In this document: positions 1 through 11,312 of the stretch, one piece after another
How positions within the stretch are numbered: position 1 is the first letter of the stretch
Layout of the letters: each line of letters starts with the position of its first letter
DNA from: Myxococcota bacterium
GTDB taxonomy: Bacteria > Myxococcota_A > UBA9160 > PR03
DNA length: 64,000 bases
Direction: 5' to 3'
Assembly: GCA_039794265.1 (NCBI GenBank)
Contig: JBDIVR010000006.1
Span: 71,573 to 135,572, forward strand
Position numbers and translations under genes: made by a program
The notes under the pieces: generated by a model
Told to the model about the DNA's origin: nothing
Seen by the model: the letters and a program-made list of their open reading frames with translations, nothing else
Database searches by the model: none

Positions 1-1965
1 GATCACGTTGACGCCGCGCGCCTTGCCGTCCAGCGAAGCCCAGCGACCGACCGTGTGCCCCTGGCCGGTCGGGATCGCGATGACATCGTCGCGCACGCCA
101 CCGCGCGGGAACACCGGCAGCTCGAGCGTGCCGGCGACGGTCTCGATGGCGACGACGTCGCCGTACTCGACGCCGAGCCGTTCGCAGGTGGCGAAGCTCA
201 GCTCGGCCCACGAGGTCCACGTGATCTTCGTGACCGGGTCCGAGATCTCCTGCTGCCACGGAAGGTCCGCGGCACGGCCGTCGTACAGCTGCGGCGACGG
301 GACGGCGAGCAGTACGAACTCGCCGTCGCCCTCGAGCAGCGGCTCGGCGACCTCGAGCTGCAACGCATCGCCGGCCAGCGACACGGCGGCGGGACGCGGA
401 TTCTCGAAACGGCCGCCGACCGCGAGCACCTGCCGGAACGCCTCGGGCGACGAGCTCCAGGCGGCCTCGACGAGGCTGCGGAAGCTGCCCTCGGGCATCC
501 GCGCCGCAACGGCGCCGCCCATCGCGCGGCCGACGTCGAGCAGCGTGTCCACCATCGCGCGCGTATCCCGCAGCGGGCGAATCGTCGGCTGGACCAGCGA
601 GCGCACGCCCGGCCGCGGCGATGCATCGCCCCACGATTCGAGCGGCGTGTGGTCCGGGAGGACCAGATGCGCGCGCGCCGTCGTCTCGTCGGGCGCCGAC
701 GCGAAACTCACGACGAACGGCACGCGTTCGAGGGCCTCGGCGAAGCGCGCCGCCGGCGGCAGCGAGTAGACAGGGTTGCTGCCGTGCAGCAGCAGCACGC
801 CGACGTTGTCGGTCTTCATCAGATCGACGAGGGCCAGCACGGCGCGGTAGCTGGAGCGGCGGCGACCATCGTTCTCGGGAATCTTCACACCCTTGCCGAC
901 GGCGCCGAGCGCCCAGTCGAGCAGCAGCACGGCGCCGCAGCTCGCCGTCGCGCGGCGGCTCGCGAGCGCCGTGCCGGGCGGCAGCGCGACGGGCGCCTTC
1001 GCCTGCGCGAGCGCCCTGCCGATACGCTCGATCGACTCGGCCGGAACACCGGAGAGCTTCGCGACGCTCGCGGCATCGAAGCGCGCCAGCGACGGCGCGA
1101 GCGCCGCGCGGCCGGCATCGGTCCCACCGCCGCTACTGAGCGCGACGTTCGCGAGCGCGAGCGCCAGCAATCCTTCGGTGCCGGGCTTCGCGGCCAGCCA
1201 CTCGTCGGCGTTCGAGGCCGTCATCGACAGGCGCGGACCGATGTAGACGAAGCGCGTCGCGCGAGTGCCGGCCTCACCGGCGTCGCGCGCGGTCGCGAGC
1301 TGGCGGGCGTGCTCGACCGGCGAAAGCCCGGTCTCGAGGAAGTCCGAGCCGAAGTCGAGGATCAGATCGGCGCCGGAGAGATCGAAGATCGGCTCGCTCT
1401 CGACACCGAAGAGCGTTCGCGTCGCGCCGACCAGCGCTTCGGGCGCGAACGGCTCGTAGACCACGCGCCCGGCGGCGCCGACGGCCTCGACCCAGCGATC
1501 GAGGAACTCGCTGGCGGTGGGACCCGTGGTCCCGCCCAGCACCCAGGTGCGTCCGCTGGCCTTGCCGAGCTCCGCAGCGAGCAGCGCGATCGCCTCGTCC
1601 CACTCGATCGGCGCGAGCGTGCCGTCCGCGCCCCGCCGCATCGGCTTCGCGAAGCGATCCGGGTGGTACGTGCGGCCGATCGACGTCTGGCCGCGGCCGC
1701 ACAGCGAGCCGCGGTTGATCGGGTGGTCCGGGTTGCCCTCGAGCTTGATCGGGCGCCCTTCCCGCGTCTTCACGTGGAGACCGCAGGCGGCGGGGCACTC
1801 GAGACACGTCGACGCATAGTAGAGAGGGATGCCGGGCGTGATCTCCTCGGGCTGGACCACGTACGGGATCAGCTTCGACACGGGATCCGAGCAGCCGACG
1901 GCGGCCGCAGCGCCGGCGCTGGCGCCGACGATCTTCAGGAATTCGCGACGGTCGAGCTCGGGCAT
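1..1965 (-). CDS. actB: Molybdopterin-oxidoreductase-family subunit with Tat signal, ActB-like (alternative complex III). N-terminal 655 codons only; the gene runs off the left edge.
   Basis: Absent from the ORF track because it is open to the window edge. The reverse-strand ATG at 1965 gives MPELDRREFLKIVGASAGAAAAVGC, with a twin-arginine RREFLK signal. A CLECPAAC plus LCGRG cysteine cluster typical of MopB N-termini follows. The frame stays open for every codon down to position 1. It lies immediately downstream of a pentahaem cytochrome gene, as in act operons. Confidence 0.8.
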   Translation of the reverse strand, partial: MPELDRREFLKIVGASAGAAAAVGCSDPVSKLIPYVVQPEEITPGIPLYYASTCLECPAACGLHVKTREGRPIKLEGNPDHPINRGSLCGRGQTSIGRTYHPDRFAKPMRRGADGTLAPIEWDEAIALLAAELGKASGRTWVLGGTTGPTASEFLDRWVEAVGAAGRVVYEPFAPEALVGATRTLFGVESEPIFDLSGADLILDFGSDFLETGLSPVEHARQLATARDAGEAGTRATRFVYIGPRLSMTASNADEWLAAKPGTEGLLALALANVALSSGGGTDAGRAALAPSLARFDAASVAKLSGVPAESIERIGRALAQAKAPVALPPGTALASRRATASCGAVLLLDWALGAVGKGVKIPENDGRRRSSYRAVLALVDLMKTDNVGVLLLHGSNPVYSLPPAARFAEALERVPFVVSFASAPDETTARAHLVLPDHTPLESWGDASPRPGVRSLVQPTIRPLRDTRAMVDTLLDVGRAMGGAVAARMPEGSFRSLVEAAWSSSPEAFRQVLAVGGRFENPRPAAVSLAGDALQLEVAEPLLEGDGEFVLLAVPSPQLYDGRAADLPWQQEISDPVTKITWTSWAELSFATCERLGVEYGDVVAIETVAGTLELPVFPRGGVRDDVIAIPTGQGHTVGRWASLDGKARGVNVI

Positions 1966-2063
1966 CCAAACCTCTCGATCCAGGGGACTCTCAGGATCCG
2001 ACCCTCGTGATCCAGAGGGCTCGAGGGTCCAGCGGACGCGCGCGGCGGCGCGCCCGGAAATAT

Positions 2064-2732
2064 CTAGTAGTGGCAGGTCAGGCAGTCCTGCGACGCCTGG
2101 TTCTCCCGATGGCAGTTGATGCACCAGCCCATTTCGAGCTTCTTCGACGGCAACAGCCACGGCCACCAGATCGTGTCGGACGTGAGATGGACCTTGTCCA
2201 TCTCCTCGACGGGACCGTGACAGCGTTGACACGGCACCTCCGCGGCGACGTGTCGGTTGTGCTTGAACTGCACGTGCTCGGGCACGCGGTGGATCTGCTC
2301 CCAGGGGATCGGCTCTTTGTCGTCCCAGTACTGCTTCAGGATCTGGATGCCCTCGAGGTCCTGGCCGAACTGCGAATGGCAGCCCATGCAGCTCTCGACC
2401 GACGGCACGCCGGCCGCCGCGGACCGATCCGTTCCGGAATGGCAGTACAGGCAATCGATCTGGAACTGACCGGCGTGCAGCTTGTGGCTGAACGGGATGG
2501 GCTGTTTCGGCCCGGGAGCCGAGTCGTCCCAGGCGAGCTGCTGGGCTTCCTTCGCGGCGGCGCTGGATTCCGCCTGCGCACCGGATTCCCGCGGGCCGGG
2601 AAGGCCGAAGACGAGGCCGGCAGCCACGGCGACGGCCAGGGCCGCCTCGACGATGCGCCGGCGCAGCTGAATCGGGCTCACGCTCGAGTGCTCCCCTGGC
2701 CCGTTCGCGGGGAGTCGCCCGGGAACGTCCAT
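2064..2732 (-). CDS. actA: Pentahaem cytochrome c, ActA-like subunit of alternative complex III
   Basis: 222 aa with one N-terminal hydrophobic anchor and five CxxCH haem motifs (CLYCH, CMGCH, CQRCH, CINCH, CLTCH). It sits directly upstream of the ActB-like gene on the same strand. Confidence 0.85.
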   Translation of the reverse strand: MDVPGRLPANGPGEHSSVSPIQLRRRIVEAALAVAVAAGLVFGLPGPRESGAQAESSAAAKEAQQLAWDDSAPGPKQPIPFSHKLHAGQFQIDCLYCHSGTDRSAAAGVPSVESCMGCHSQFGQDLEGIQILKQYWDDKEPIPWEQIHRVPEHVQFKHNRHVAAEVPCQRCHGPVEEMDKVHLTSDTIWWPWLLPSKKLEMGWCINCHRENQASQDCLTCHY

Positions 2733-3244
2733 CGCACCGGAATCTGCTCGTCACGAGCGCGACCCCGACGAGATCCAAGCTCACGAAATCCCAGCTTCAA
2801 CGATCGACCCCAGTCAACGACCGCCTCTCGATCCCGTGCTACGCCGACGGTCCGCTCCCGCTCGTTCCTCGCACGGGCCGTGAAGAACGTGGCCGGTCGC
2901 GAAGGGCGTCACGAAGCAACAGCAACAGCCGAAATGCGTCGGATCCCCCGTCGGAAATGCACGGCTGCGCTTCTGCCGGGGAACGCGAGCGAACTGTCTT
3001 TAGAACGTTCCGATCGTCGCGTCAACGGCCCGCGCGGCCGTCGTCCGAGAGGATTTCGAAACGCGGTCTCCGATCCGGCGAAGCCGCGACCCGCCGGCTA
3101 CCATCGCGCCGTTCGGGGCGGATCCGACCCGCTGCCAGCGAAGCGGAATGCCGGGAAGCGCCGCCCGGGCGAAGACCCGAGGCGTGTCCGGGACGTCGAA
3201 CAGGACGGGGCCCTGGACGCAGCCGATCACGGAGGCAATACGCG

Positions 3245-4480
<1,236 letters not shown>

Positions 4481-4482
4481 TC

Positions 4483-5568
4483 ATGATCGACTTCGAGCCC
4501 ACCGAGGAGCAGCAGCTCATCGTCGACACCGTGCAGCAGTTCGCGCGCAGCGAGATCCGGCCGGTGGCTCGCGAATCGGAAGAGGCGAGCAAGCTGCCCG
4601 AGAAGGTGCTGTCGGCGGCGCACGAGCTCGGGCTCGTGGCGAACTCGCTGCCCGAGTCGGCCGGCGGCAGTGGTGAGCGCAGCGCGATCACCGGTGCGCT
4701 GATCGCCGAGGAGCTCGCGTGGGGCGATCTCGCGATCGCGCTGGCGATCCTGTCCCCGGGGCTCTCCGCGTTGCCGGTCGCGGAGTGGGGCACCGACGCG
4801 CAGAAGGAGTCGCTCGCCCGCTTCGTCGGTCCGGACTTCGTCCCCGGCGCGCTGGCGATCGTCGAGCCGCGCTTCGACTCGGACCCGTTCCGTCCCGCGA
4901 CGCTCGCCCGCCGCGACGGCGACGGCTTCGTGCTCGACGGCGCCAAGTGTCTCGTTCCGTGGCTCGACGGCGCGGATTCGGTACTGGTCGTCGCCAACGA
5001 AGGCGGCTCGTCGCAGCTGTTCCTGGTGCCGCGCGATGCCGGGGGCCTGAAGGTCGAACCCGAACGCTACATGGGCATCCAGGCGCTCCCGACTGCCGAG
5101 CTGACTCTGTCCGGTGTTGCCCTGCCCGCCTCGGCAAGGATCGGCGGCGATGCGGGCGTGGACATGCGCCGGTTGATCGCGCAGGGCCGCGTGGCGCTTG
5201 CGGCGATGGCGGTGGGCCTGGCGCGCGCAGCCTTCGAGACCGCGCGCGACTACGCGAAAGAGCGTCAGGTCTTCGGCGTACCGGTCGCCACCAAGCAGGC
5301 GATCGCGTTCAAGCTCGCCGACATGGCGCTCGAGATCGACGGTGCGCGGCTGCTCGCCTGGGAGGCGGCCTGGAAGCTCGACCGGGGCGAGGACGCCACC
5401 CGCGAGGCGCTGCTGGCGCGACGCCAGGCCAATCGCGTCGCGCTCGAGGTCGCCGACGGCGCCGTGCAGGTGCTCGGCGGGCACGGCTACATCCGGGACT
5501 ACCTGCCGGAGCTGCACCTGCGCAACGCCCGCGGCTTCACGTCGTTCGAGGCGCTGGCGCTCGTCTAG
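4483..5568 (+). CDS. Acyl-CoA dehydrogenase family protein (short, 361 aa; possibly the non-canonical partner of the next gene)
   Basis: The ATG at 4483 lies 2 nt after the thiolase stop. [17 protein letters not shown] and a GGHGYIRDY...FEALALV C-terminus fit the ACAD fold. The usual TEPxAGSD loop reads VEPRFDSD. The protein ends 7 residues after the conserved Glu position. Confidence 0.85.
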   Translation: MIDFEPTEEQQLIVDTVQQFARSEIRPVARESEEASKLPEKVLSAAHELGLVANSLPESAGGSGERSAITGALIAEELAWGDLAIALAILSPGLSALPVAEWGTDAQKESLARFVGPDFVPGALAIVEPRFDSDPFRPATLARRDGDGFVLDGAKCLVPWLDGADSVLVVANEGGSSQLFLVPRDAGGLKVEPERYMGIQALPTAELTLSGVALPASARIGGDAGVDMRRLIAQGRVALAAMAVGLARAAFETARDYAKERQVFGVPVATKQAIAFKLADMALEIDGARLLAWEAAWKLDRGEDATREALLARRQANRVALEVADGAVQVLGGHGYIRDYLPELHLRNARGFTSFEALALV

Positions 5569-5604
5569 GCGAAGCGGCGCAGCGGACCCAGAGAGGAATC
5601 CACC

Positions 5605-6831
<1,227 letters not shown>

Positions 6832-6842
6832 GGAGACTCGCC

Positions 6843-7094
6843 GTGGCCAACGTCAGCAGCGAACTCGTCGAGATCCTCGTCTGCCCGGAGACGAAGCAAC
6901 CGGTGGCGCTTGCCGCACCGGACGTCCTCGACGCCATCAACGCCCGCATCCGCGCCGGCTCGCTGCGCAATCGCGGCGGCCAGCCCGTCCCCGCGGAGCT
7001 GGCGGAGGGCCTCGTCCGCGAGGACGGCAAGATCCTCTACCCGGTCGACGACGGCATCCCGGTCATGCTGATCGAGGAATCGATCGAGCTCTGA
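6843..7094 (+). CDS. Trm112/YcaR (UPF0434) family small protein
   Basis: GTG at 6843 preceded by GGGAG. The 83-aa product has [15 protein letters not shown] near the N-terminus and [18 protein letters not shown] at the C-terminus, matching the Trm112-like family pattern. Confidence 0.75.
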   Translation: MANVSSELVEILVCPETKQPVALAAPDVLDAINARIRAGSLRNRGGQPVPAELAEGLVREDGKILYPVDDGIPVMLIEESIEL

Positions 7095-7104
7095 CCGCTC
7101 CGGT

Positions 7105-7187
7105 GTCAAGAAAGGGGCCGGGTTCGTTCGTCAACTTTTCCCCCGGATGGGGGAAAAGTTGACGAACGAACCCGGCCCCTTTCTTGA
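7105..7187. repeat. Perfect 83-bp palindrome, copy 1 of a recurrent element (40-bp arms, 4-nt GGAT apex)
   Basis: The left arm gtcaagaaaggggccgggttcgttcgtcaacttttccccc is the exact reverse complement of the right arm. It lies between the convergent stops at 7094 and 7210. A degenerate extra copy of the terminal 15-mer (ggcccccttctcgac) follows at 7188..7202. Confidence 0.95.
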
Positions 7188-7209
7188 CGGCCCCCTTCTC
7201 GACGGCGGG

Positions 7210-8007
7210 TCACTGCGCGAACTCGCGGCGCTTGAGTTCGCGGACGTACTCCGACAGTTCGGGATCCCCCGTCACCATCGCCGAGCTGCGCTCCTCGCAT
7301 TCGCGAGCCGCCTGCCGCAGCGGCTCGAGGTCGATGTCGAGGCCGAGGAACGGCAGCCCGCGCTCGAGCAGCGCCAGGGAGCCGCGTGCGTTCGGCGTGA
7401 CTTCGATGTAGTGCGGCAGGCCTGCCCACAAGCCGGCCACCTGACAGCCGCGATCGCGCAGGCGCTGCCCGAGCACGCCGATCATGCCGGTCGGACCCGC
7501 GTAGCGGACCGGCTCGACCGCCAGCTCGCGCAGCAGCGCGGCGTCGCTCGCGACGCCCGTCACATCGACGGGCCGCGAGTAGAGGACGTCACCGAGAAAC
7601 GCGCCGAGCAGCAGCACGCGCTGGATGCCGAGGGCATCGACGACGCTCAGCACATGATCCGACCAATCCCGCCAGCGCAGATGCGGCTCGACACCATGAC
7701 ACATGACGAGATCGCGGCCGGTGAGGCCTCCTTGCGGCCGCGCAGCAGCGAATCCGAAGTGCGTCGTCGGCCACTCGAGACCGCGCGCCACGCCGTCCTC
7801 GACGGTGGAGAACGGCCGCCGGACGGTGAAGTCGAAGTACTCCTCCGCGTCGATCTCCGCGAGCGGCGCCGCGCCGAGCGTACTCGCAACGAAGCGCACG
7901 GCGGTCGTGGCCGCCTCGCCAGCATCGTTCCAGCCTTCGAGGGCCATCAGCAGGGCGGCGTCGCGCAGGACGGGTCGCACGTGAAAGCGGAGCGGGCCTT
8001 CGGTCAC
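7210..8007 (-). CDS. PAC2 (proteasome assembly chaperone 2-like) family protein
   Basis: 265 aa. The N-terminal LLMALEGWNDAGEAATTAV motif and overall length match the bacterial PAC2 family as I remember it. Confidence 0.7.
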   Translation of the reverse strand: MTEGPLRFHVRPVLRDAALLMALEGWNDAGEAATTAVRFVASTLGAAPLAEIDAEEYFDFTVRRPFSTVEDGVARGLEWPTTHFGFAAARPQGGLTGRDLVMCHGVEPHLRWRDWSDHVLSVVDALGIQRVLLLGAFLGDVLYSRPVDVTGVASDAALLRELAVEPVRYAGPTGMIGVLGQRLRDRGCQVAGLWAGLPHYIEVTPNARGSLALLERGLPFLGLDIDLEPLRQAARECEERSSAMVTGDPELSEYVRELKRREFAQ

Positions 8008-8050
8008 AGCGGGAGAGTGGCAACCCGAGGACGCCGCGGCAAGGCGCGAT

Positions 8051-8752
8051 TCAGCGCACGAACTTGTATCCGTGCCCGCGCACCGAGAAGATGTGACAGG
8101 GACGTGACGGATCGTCTTCCACGTAGCGCCGCAAGCGTGCGACGAAGCTGTCGACGACGCGGGTGTTGGTATCGGGTCGCAGGCCCCAGACCACCTCGAG
8201 CAGCTCCCCGCGCGTGACCGCTCGACCCTCGCGCTCGATGAGCGCGCGCAGCAGCGCGGCCTCGCGGAGCGTGAGCTCGACCTTCTCGCCGCGGCGCTCG
8301 ATCTCGAAGCGATCGAAGCGGATCGTCACGTCGCCGAACGAGACCTCGCGCAGCTCGTCGCTGCCTGCCGCGCCGCCGTCCCAGCGCCGGCGCCGCAGCA
8401 GCGCGCGCACCCGCGCCAGCAGCTCGGGCAGCACGAAGGGTTTGGTCATGTAGTCGTCACCGCCCTCCTCGATGCCGCGCACCACGTCGCTGGCGGCGTC
8501 CTTCGCCGTGAGGATCAGGATCGGAACGAAGTTGCCCGCCGCGCGGACCCGGCGGGCGACCTCGAGGCCGCTCCGCTCCGGCAGCATCAGGTCGAGCAGC
8601 ACCAGGTCGTAGCGGGGCTCGCTGCCGAGCAGCCGCTCGACGGCGGCGCGGCCGTCGACAGCGACGTCGACGTCGTAGCCCTCGGCTTCGAGGTTGAAGC
8701 GCAGCCCCTCGGCGAGATGCGCCTCGTCTTCAACGACCAGGACGCGGGACAT
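8051..8752 (-). CDS. OmpR-family two-component response regulator
   Basis: The true start is the ATG at 8752 (MSRVLVVEDEAHLAEGL), inside ORF 8051..9025. The receiver domain shows LVLLDLMLPERSG and DDYMTKPF. The winged-helix output domain ends IFSVRGHGYKFVR. Confidence 0.93.
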   Translation of the reverse strand: MSRVLVVEDEAHLAEGLRFNLEAEGYDVDVAVDGRAAVERLLGSEPRYDLVLLDLMLPERSGLEVARRVRAAGNFVPILILTAKDAASDVVRGIEEGGDDYMTKPFVLPELLARVRALLRRRRWDGGAAGSDELREVSFGDVTIRFDRFEIERRGEKVELTLREAALLRALIEREGRAVTRGELLEVVWGLRPDTNTRVVDSFVARLRRYVEDDPSRPCHIFSVRGHGYKFVR

Positions 8753-9701
8753 GGGCCTCCAGTGCGAGCGGCTGCTCGCGCGCTTTCGGCGCGCCGCGCA
8801 GCGAGACGGCGAAGCGGCTGCCGTGTCCCGGCCCCTCGCTGCGCGCCTCGACGCGCCCGCCCTGCCGCTGTACCAGCCAGCGCACGATGAAGAGTCCCAA
8901 CCCCAGGCCGGCGACGCGCCGCTGCACGTCGAGACCCGCCCGATAGAACGGCTGGAAGATCCGCCGCAGCTCCTTGCGGGGGATGCCGACGCCGCGATCC
9001 TCGATCTCGACGCGGACGGAGCCATCGGCGTTCGTCTGCGCCCGTACGCGCACGTCGACGTCGGGCCCGGAGTACTTGACGGCGTTGTCGATCAGGTTGC
9101 GGAACACCAGCGCGAGTTCGTCGGGCTGTCCGAGCGCCACCGGCTCGCCGGCCAGCTCGAGGCGCACGGACCCCGGCTCGAGGTGGTAGCGATCGCGCAG
9201 CTCGGACACGCACGCCTCGAGGATCTCGCCGACCGCCACCGGCTCGCGCAGGGGCCGGCGCGTCCACGCCGCCGCCCGCGCGGCCGCCAGCACCTGCGTC
9301 ACGGTCCGCTCGAGCCGGTCGACGTCGGCGCGCATCCGGCCGAGGAACTCCGCGCGCCGCTCGGCGCCCGGATCGCGCAGCGCGAGCGTATCGACGTAGA
9401 GGCGGAGGGACGCGAGCGGCGTCTTCATCTCGTGCGTCACGGCATCGAGGAAGGCCTGCTGGCGCTGGCTGTGACGCATCTCGCGCACGAGCCACGCACA
9501 CAGCAGCAGGAGACCCGCGATCAGCGCCGCAAAGAACAACGAACCGGCCACCAGCAGCGTCCAGTGCAGCGCCGACAGGCGCTCCGCCACCGGCCCGAGA
9601 TCACTCACGACGATGACGTTCCACGCGACCGCCAGCGTGAGCGCGAGCACGACGAGCACGATCCCGATCGTCAGCGGCAGCCGGATCGAGCGGCGCAGCA
9701 T
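8730..9701 (-). CDS. Sensor histidine kinase (two TM segments, HisKA plus HATPase)
   Basis: H-box FLDAVTHEMKTPLASL, N-box FRNLIDNAVKY, G1 IEDRGVGIP and G2 GLGLGLFIVR. The 3' end overlaps the regulator start by 23 nt. Confidence 0.92.
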   Translation of the reverse strand: MLRRSIRLPLTIGIVLVVLALTLAVAWNVIVVSDLGPVAERLSALHWTLLVAGSLFFAALIAGLLLLCAWLVREMRHSQRQQAFLDAVTHEMKTPLASLRLYVDTLALRDPGAERRAEFLGRMRADVDRLERTVTQVLAAARAAAWTRRPLREPVAVGEILEACVSELRDRYHLEPGSVRLELAGEPVALGQPDELALVFRNLIDNAVKYSGPDVDVRVRAQTNADGSVRVEIEDRGVGIPRKELRRIFQPFYRAGLDVQRRVAGLGLGLFIVRWLVQRQGGRVEARSEGPGHGSRFAVSLRGAPKAREQPLALEAHVPRPGR

Positions 9702-9802
9702 GGACTGGTCTCCCCGGAAGCAGGATCGAAGGGTACGATAGGAAGCCCGACGTGCCGCTTCGAACCGACCCGACGCGAGACCGCGTCCCAGGAGAACCCC
9801 CC

Positions 9803-11299
9803 GTGGACCGCCCGCGCCTCTCGATCGTCCTGCCGTGCCGGATCTCCGCGGCGTTCGCCGGCGCGCTGTTCGCCTGCGCGCTGGCCGGCGGCCGGCCGGA
9901 CGCAGCCCGCGCCGGCGAGCTGCCCGGCGAAGGGGCCTGTCCGATCATCGCCGGCGCCAGCGCCGGCGCCATGGACGATGCCGGCGGCGTGCCGCTGCGC
10001 GAGGGCACGGCCCTCGGGCTCGGCGACCTGACGCTGGTGCAACAGCTGCTGCCGCCGGAGATCTGGAAGTTTCGCGGCGCGTTCTTCTATGAGGGCATGC
10101 TGCTCGAGGTCGGCCCGTGCTTCCGGCGCTACCCGATCGGAGACTGGTACGAGGCCGTCACGCGCGAGCACGCCGGCAAGGCGCGCCTCGACGACGAGGG
10201 CAACCTGCGCGGCCACGAGGCCGGCCTGCCGTTTCCGATCGAATCGATCGACGCCGGCGACCCGCAAGCGGGGCTGAAGTGGGCCTGGAATTTCGAGCTC
10301 CGCTACCGCGGCGCCGGCCCGATCGGGCGCTTCCGGCTCCTCGACCTGCCAGACCGGCTGGGGAGCCCGGAAACCTACATCGGCACGTTCTTCCACGTGG
10401 CGACGAGCAATCGCGCGGATCTCGCCGCATCCAACTTCCGCGTTCCCGAGGCGAAGAACCAGCTGTGGGCGGCGGGCGGGCGCTTCGAACAGCCGTTCAA
10501 CGCGCGCCACCTGGCGTGGCGCCAGCTCCGCTCACGGGATTCCCTGACGGATTACGGGCGACCCGACGATACCTTCGTCTACGTCCCGACGATGCGGAAA
10601 TCGCGCCGGGCGGCGACGCCGTGGGTCGATGGACTCTACACCCCGCGGTACCGCGTGAGCGGGGACGACGGCGGCGGACCCGTTCCCTTCGGCTCGGACC
10701 AGTTCGGCCCGTCCGGGTCGATCCAGCCGACCGCGGCGCTGTCGATCGCGGCCACCGAGAACTTGCGGCGCGGCTTCGTCGGTCTCGCCATCCGGCCCAA
10801 CGCATACGAGTGGCGGCTCGTCGAGGAGCGACCGGTCCTGGCGCCGCTCAACGCGAAGGTTCCCGGCTGGCCCGAGATCGAAGAGCGCAACTACGGCCCG
10901 AGCGGCCTCTCGGTGGCCACCGACACGTGGGACGTCCGCCAGGCGGTGGTCATCGAGGGCCGCGCCCGAAAGATCGTCGAAGACATCGGCTACGTGCGGC
11001 TGTGGATCGACGCGCAGACGGCCCAGCCGCTCTACGTGATGACCGAGCGCCCGAACCGGCTCGCGCTCGACGTCGGCCAGCTCGTCCACCGCTGGAGCGG
11101 AGAGGACGCGCAGTATCCGCTGTGGCCCGACGGCAAGAAGGCCAACGTCTTCGATCCGGTCGCCGCCGTGTTCTTCGACGTCGCGAGCGGCCGCGCCGGC
11201 TGGCGCCGGGAGTCCTACGACCTCCGCTCGGTCCCGGTCACCGACTCCGAGATCCGAGCCATGGTCGGCGTCGAAGCGCTGGACCGCCGCGGCCGCTGA
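9803..11299 (+). CDS. DUF1329 family (LolA-like fold) periplasmic or lipoprotein
   Basis: ORF 9752..11299. I prefer the GTG at 9803, which has AGGAGA 7 nt upstream. A signal-like AAFAGALFACALAGG follows. The GLPFP...GLKWAWNFELRYRG stretch resembles the DUF1329 core. It lies next to a DUF1302-like barrel, the usual partner. Confidence 0.7.
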   Translation: MDRPRLSIVLPCRISAAFAGALFACALAGGRPDAARAGELPGEGACPIIAGASAGAMDDAGGVPLREGTALGLGDLTLVQQLLPPEIWKFRGAFFYEGMLLEVGPCFRRYPIGDWYEAVTREHAGKARLDDEGNLRGHEAGLPFPIESIDAGDPQAGLKWAWNFELRYRGAGPIGRFRLLDLPDRLGSPETYIGTFFHVATSNRADLAASNFRVPEAKNQLWAAGGRFEQPFNARHLAWRQLRSRDSLTDYGRPDDTFVYVPTMRKSRRAATPWVDGLYTPRYRVSGDDGGGPVPFGSDQFGPSGSIQPTAALSIAATENLRRGFVGLAIRPNAYEWRLVEERPVLAPLNAKVPGWPEIEERNYGPSGLSVATDTWDVRQAVVIEGRARKIVEDIGYVRLWIDAQTAQPLYVMTERPNRLALDVGQLVHRWSGEDAQYPLWPDGKKANVFDPVAAVFFDVASGRAGWRRESYDLRSVPVTDSEIRAMVGVEALDRRGR

Positions 11300-11312
11300 G
11301 GGCCGGCCCCGC

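Noticed and set aside
55-2010. 651-aa plus-strand ORF, with others at 8..769 and 1274..1969, covering the first 2 kb
   Set aside because: The translations are Arg/Ala/Gly-rich and low-complexity with no recognisable motifs. They are antisense or out-of-frame shadows of the well-supported ActB-like gene on the minus strand.
2733-3244. 512-bp gap between actA and the thiolase gene, containing the small palindrome gaacgttc
   Set aside because: No ORF with protein-like composition, no repeat copy and no recognisable RNA motif. It is presumably just the two divergent promoter regions. An 8-bp palindrome alone is not informative.
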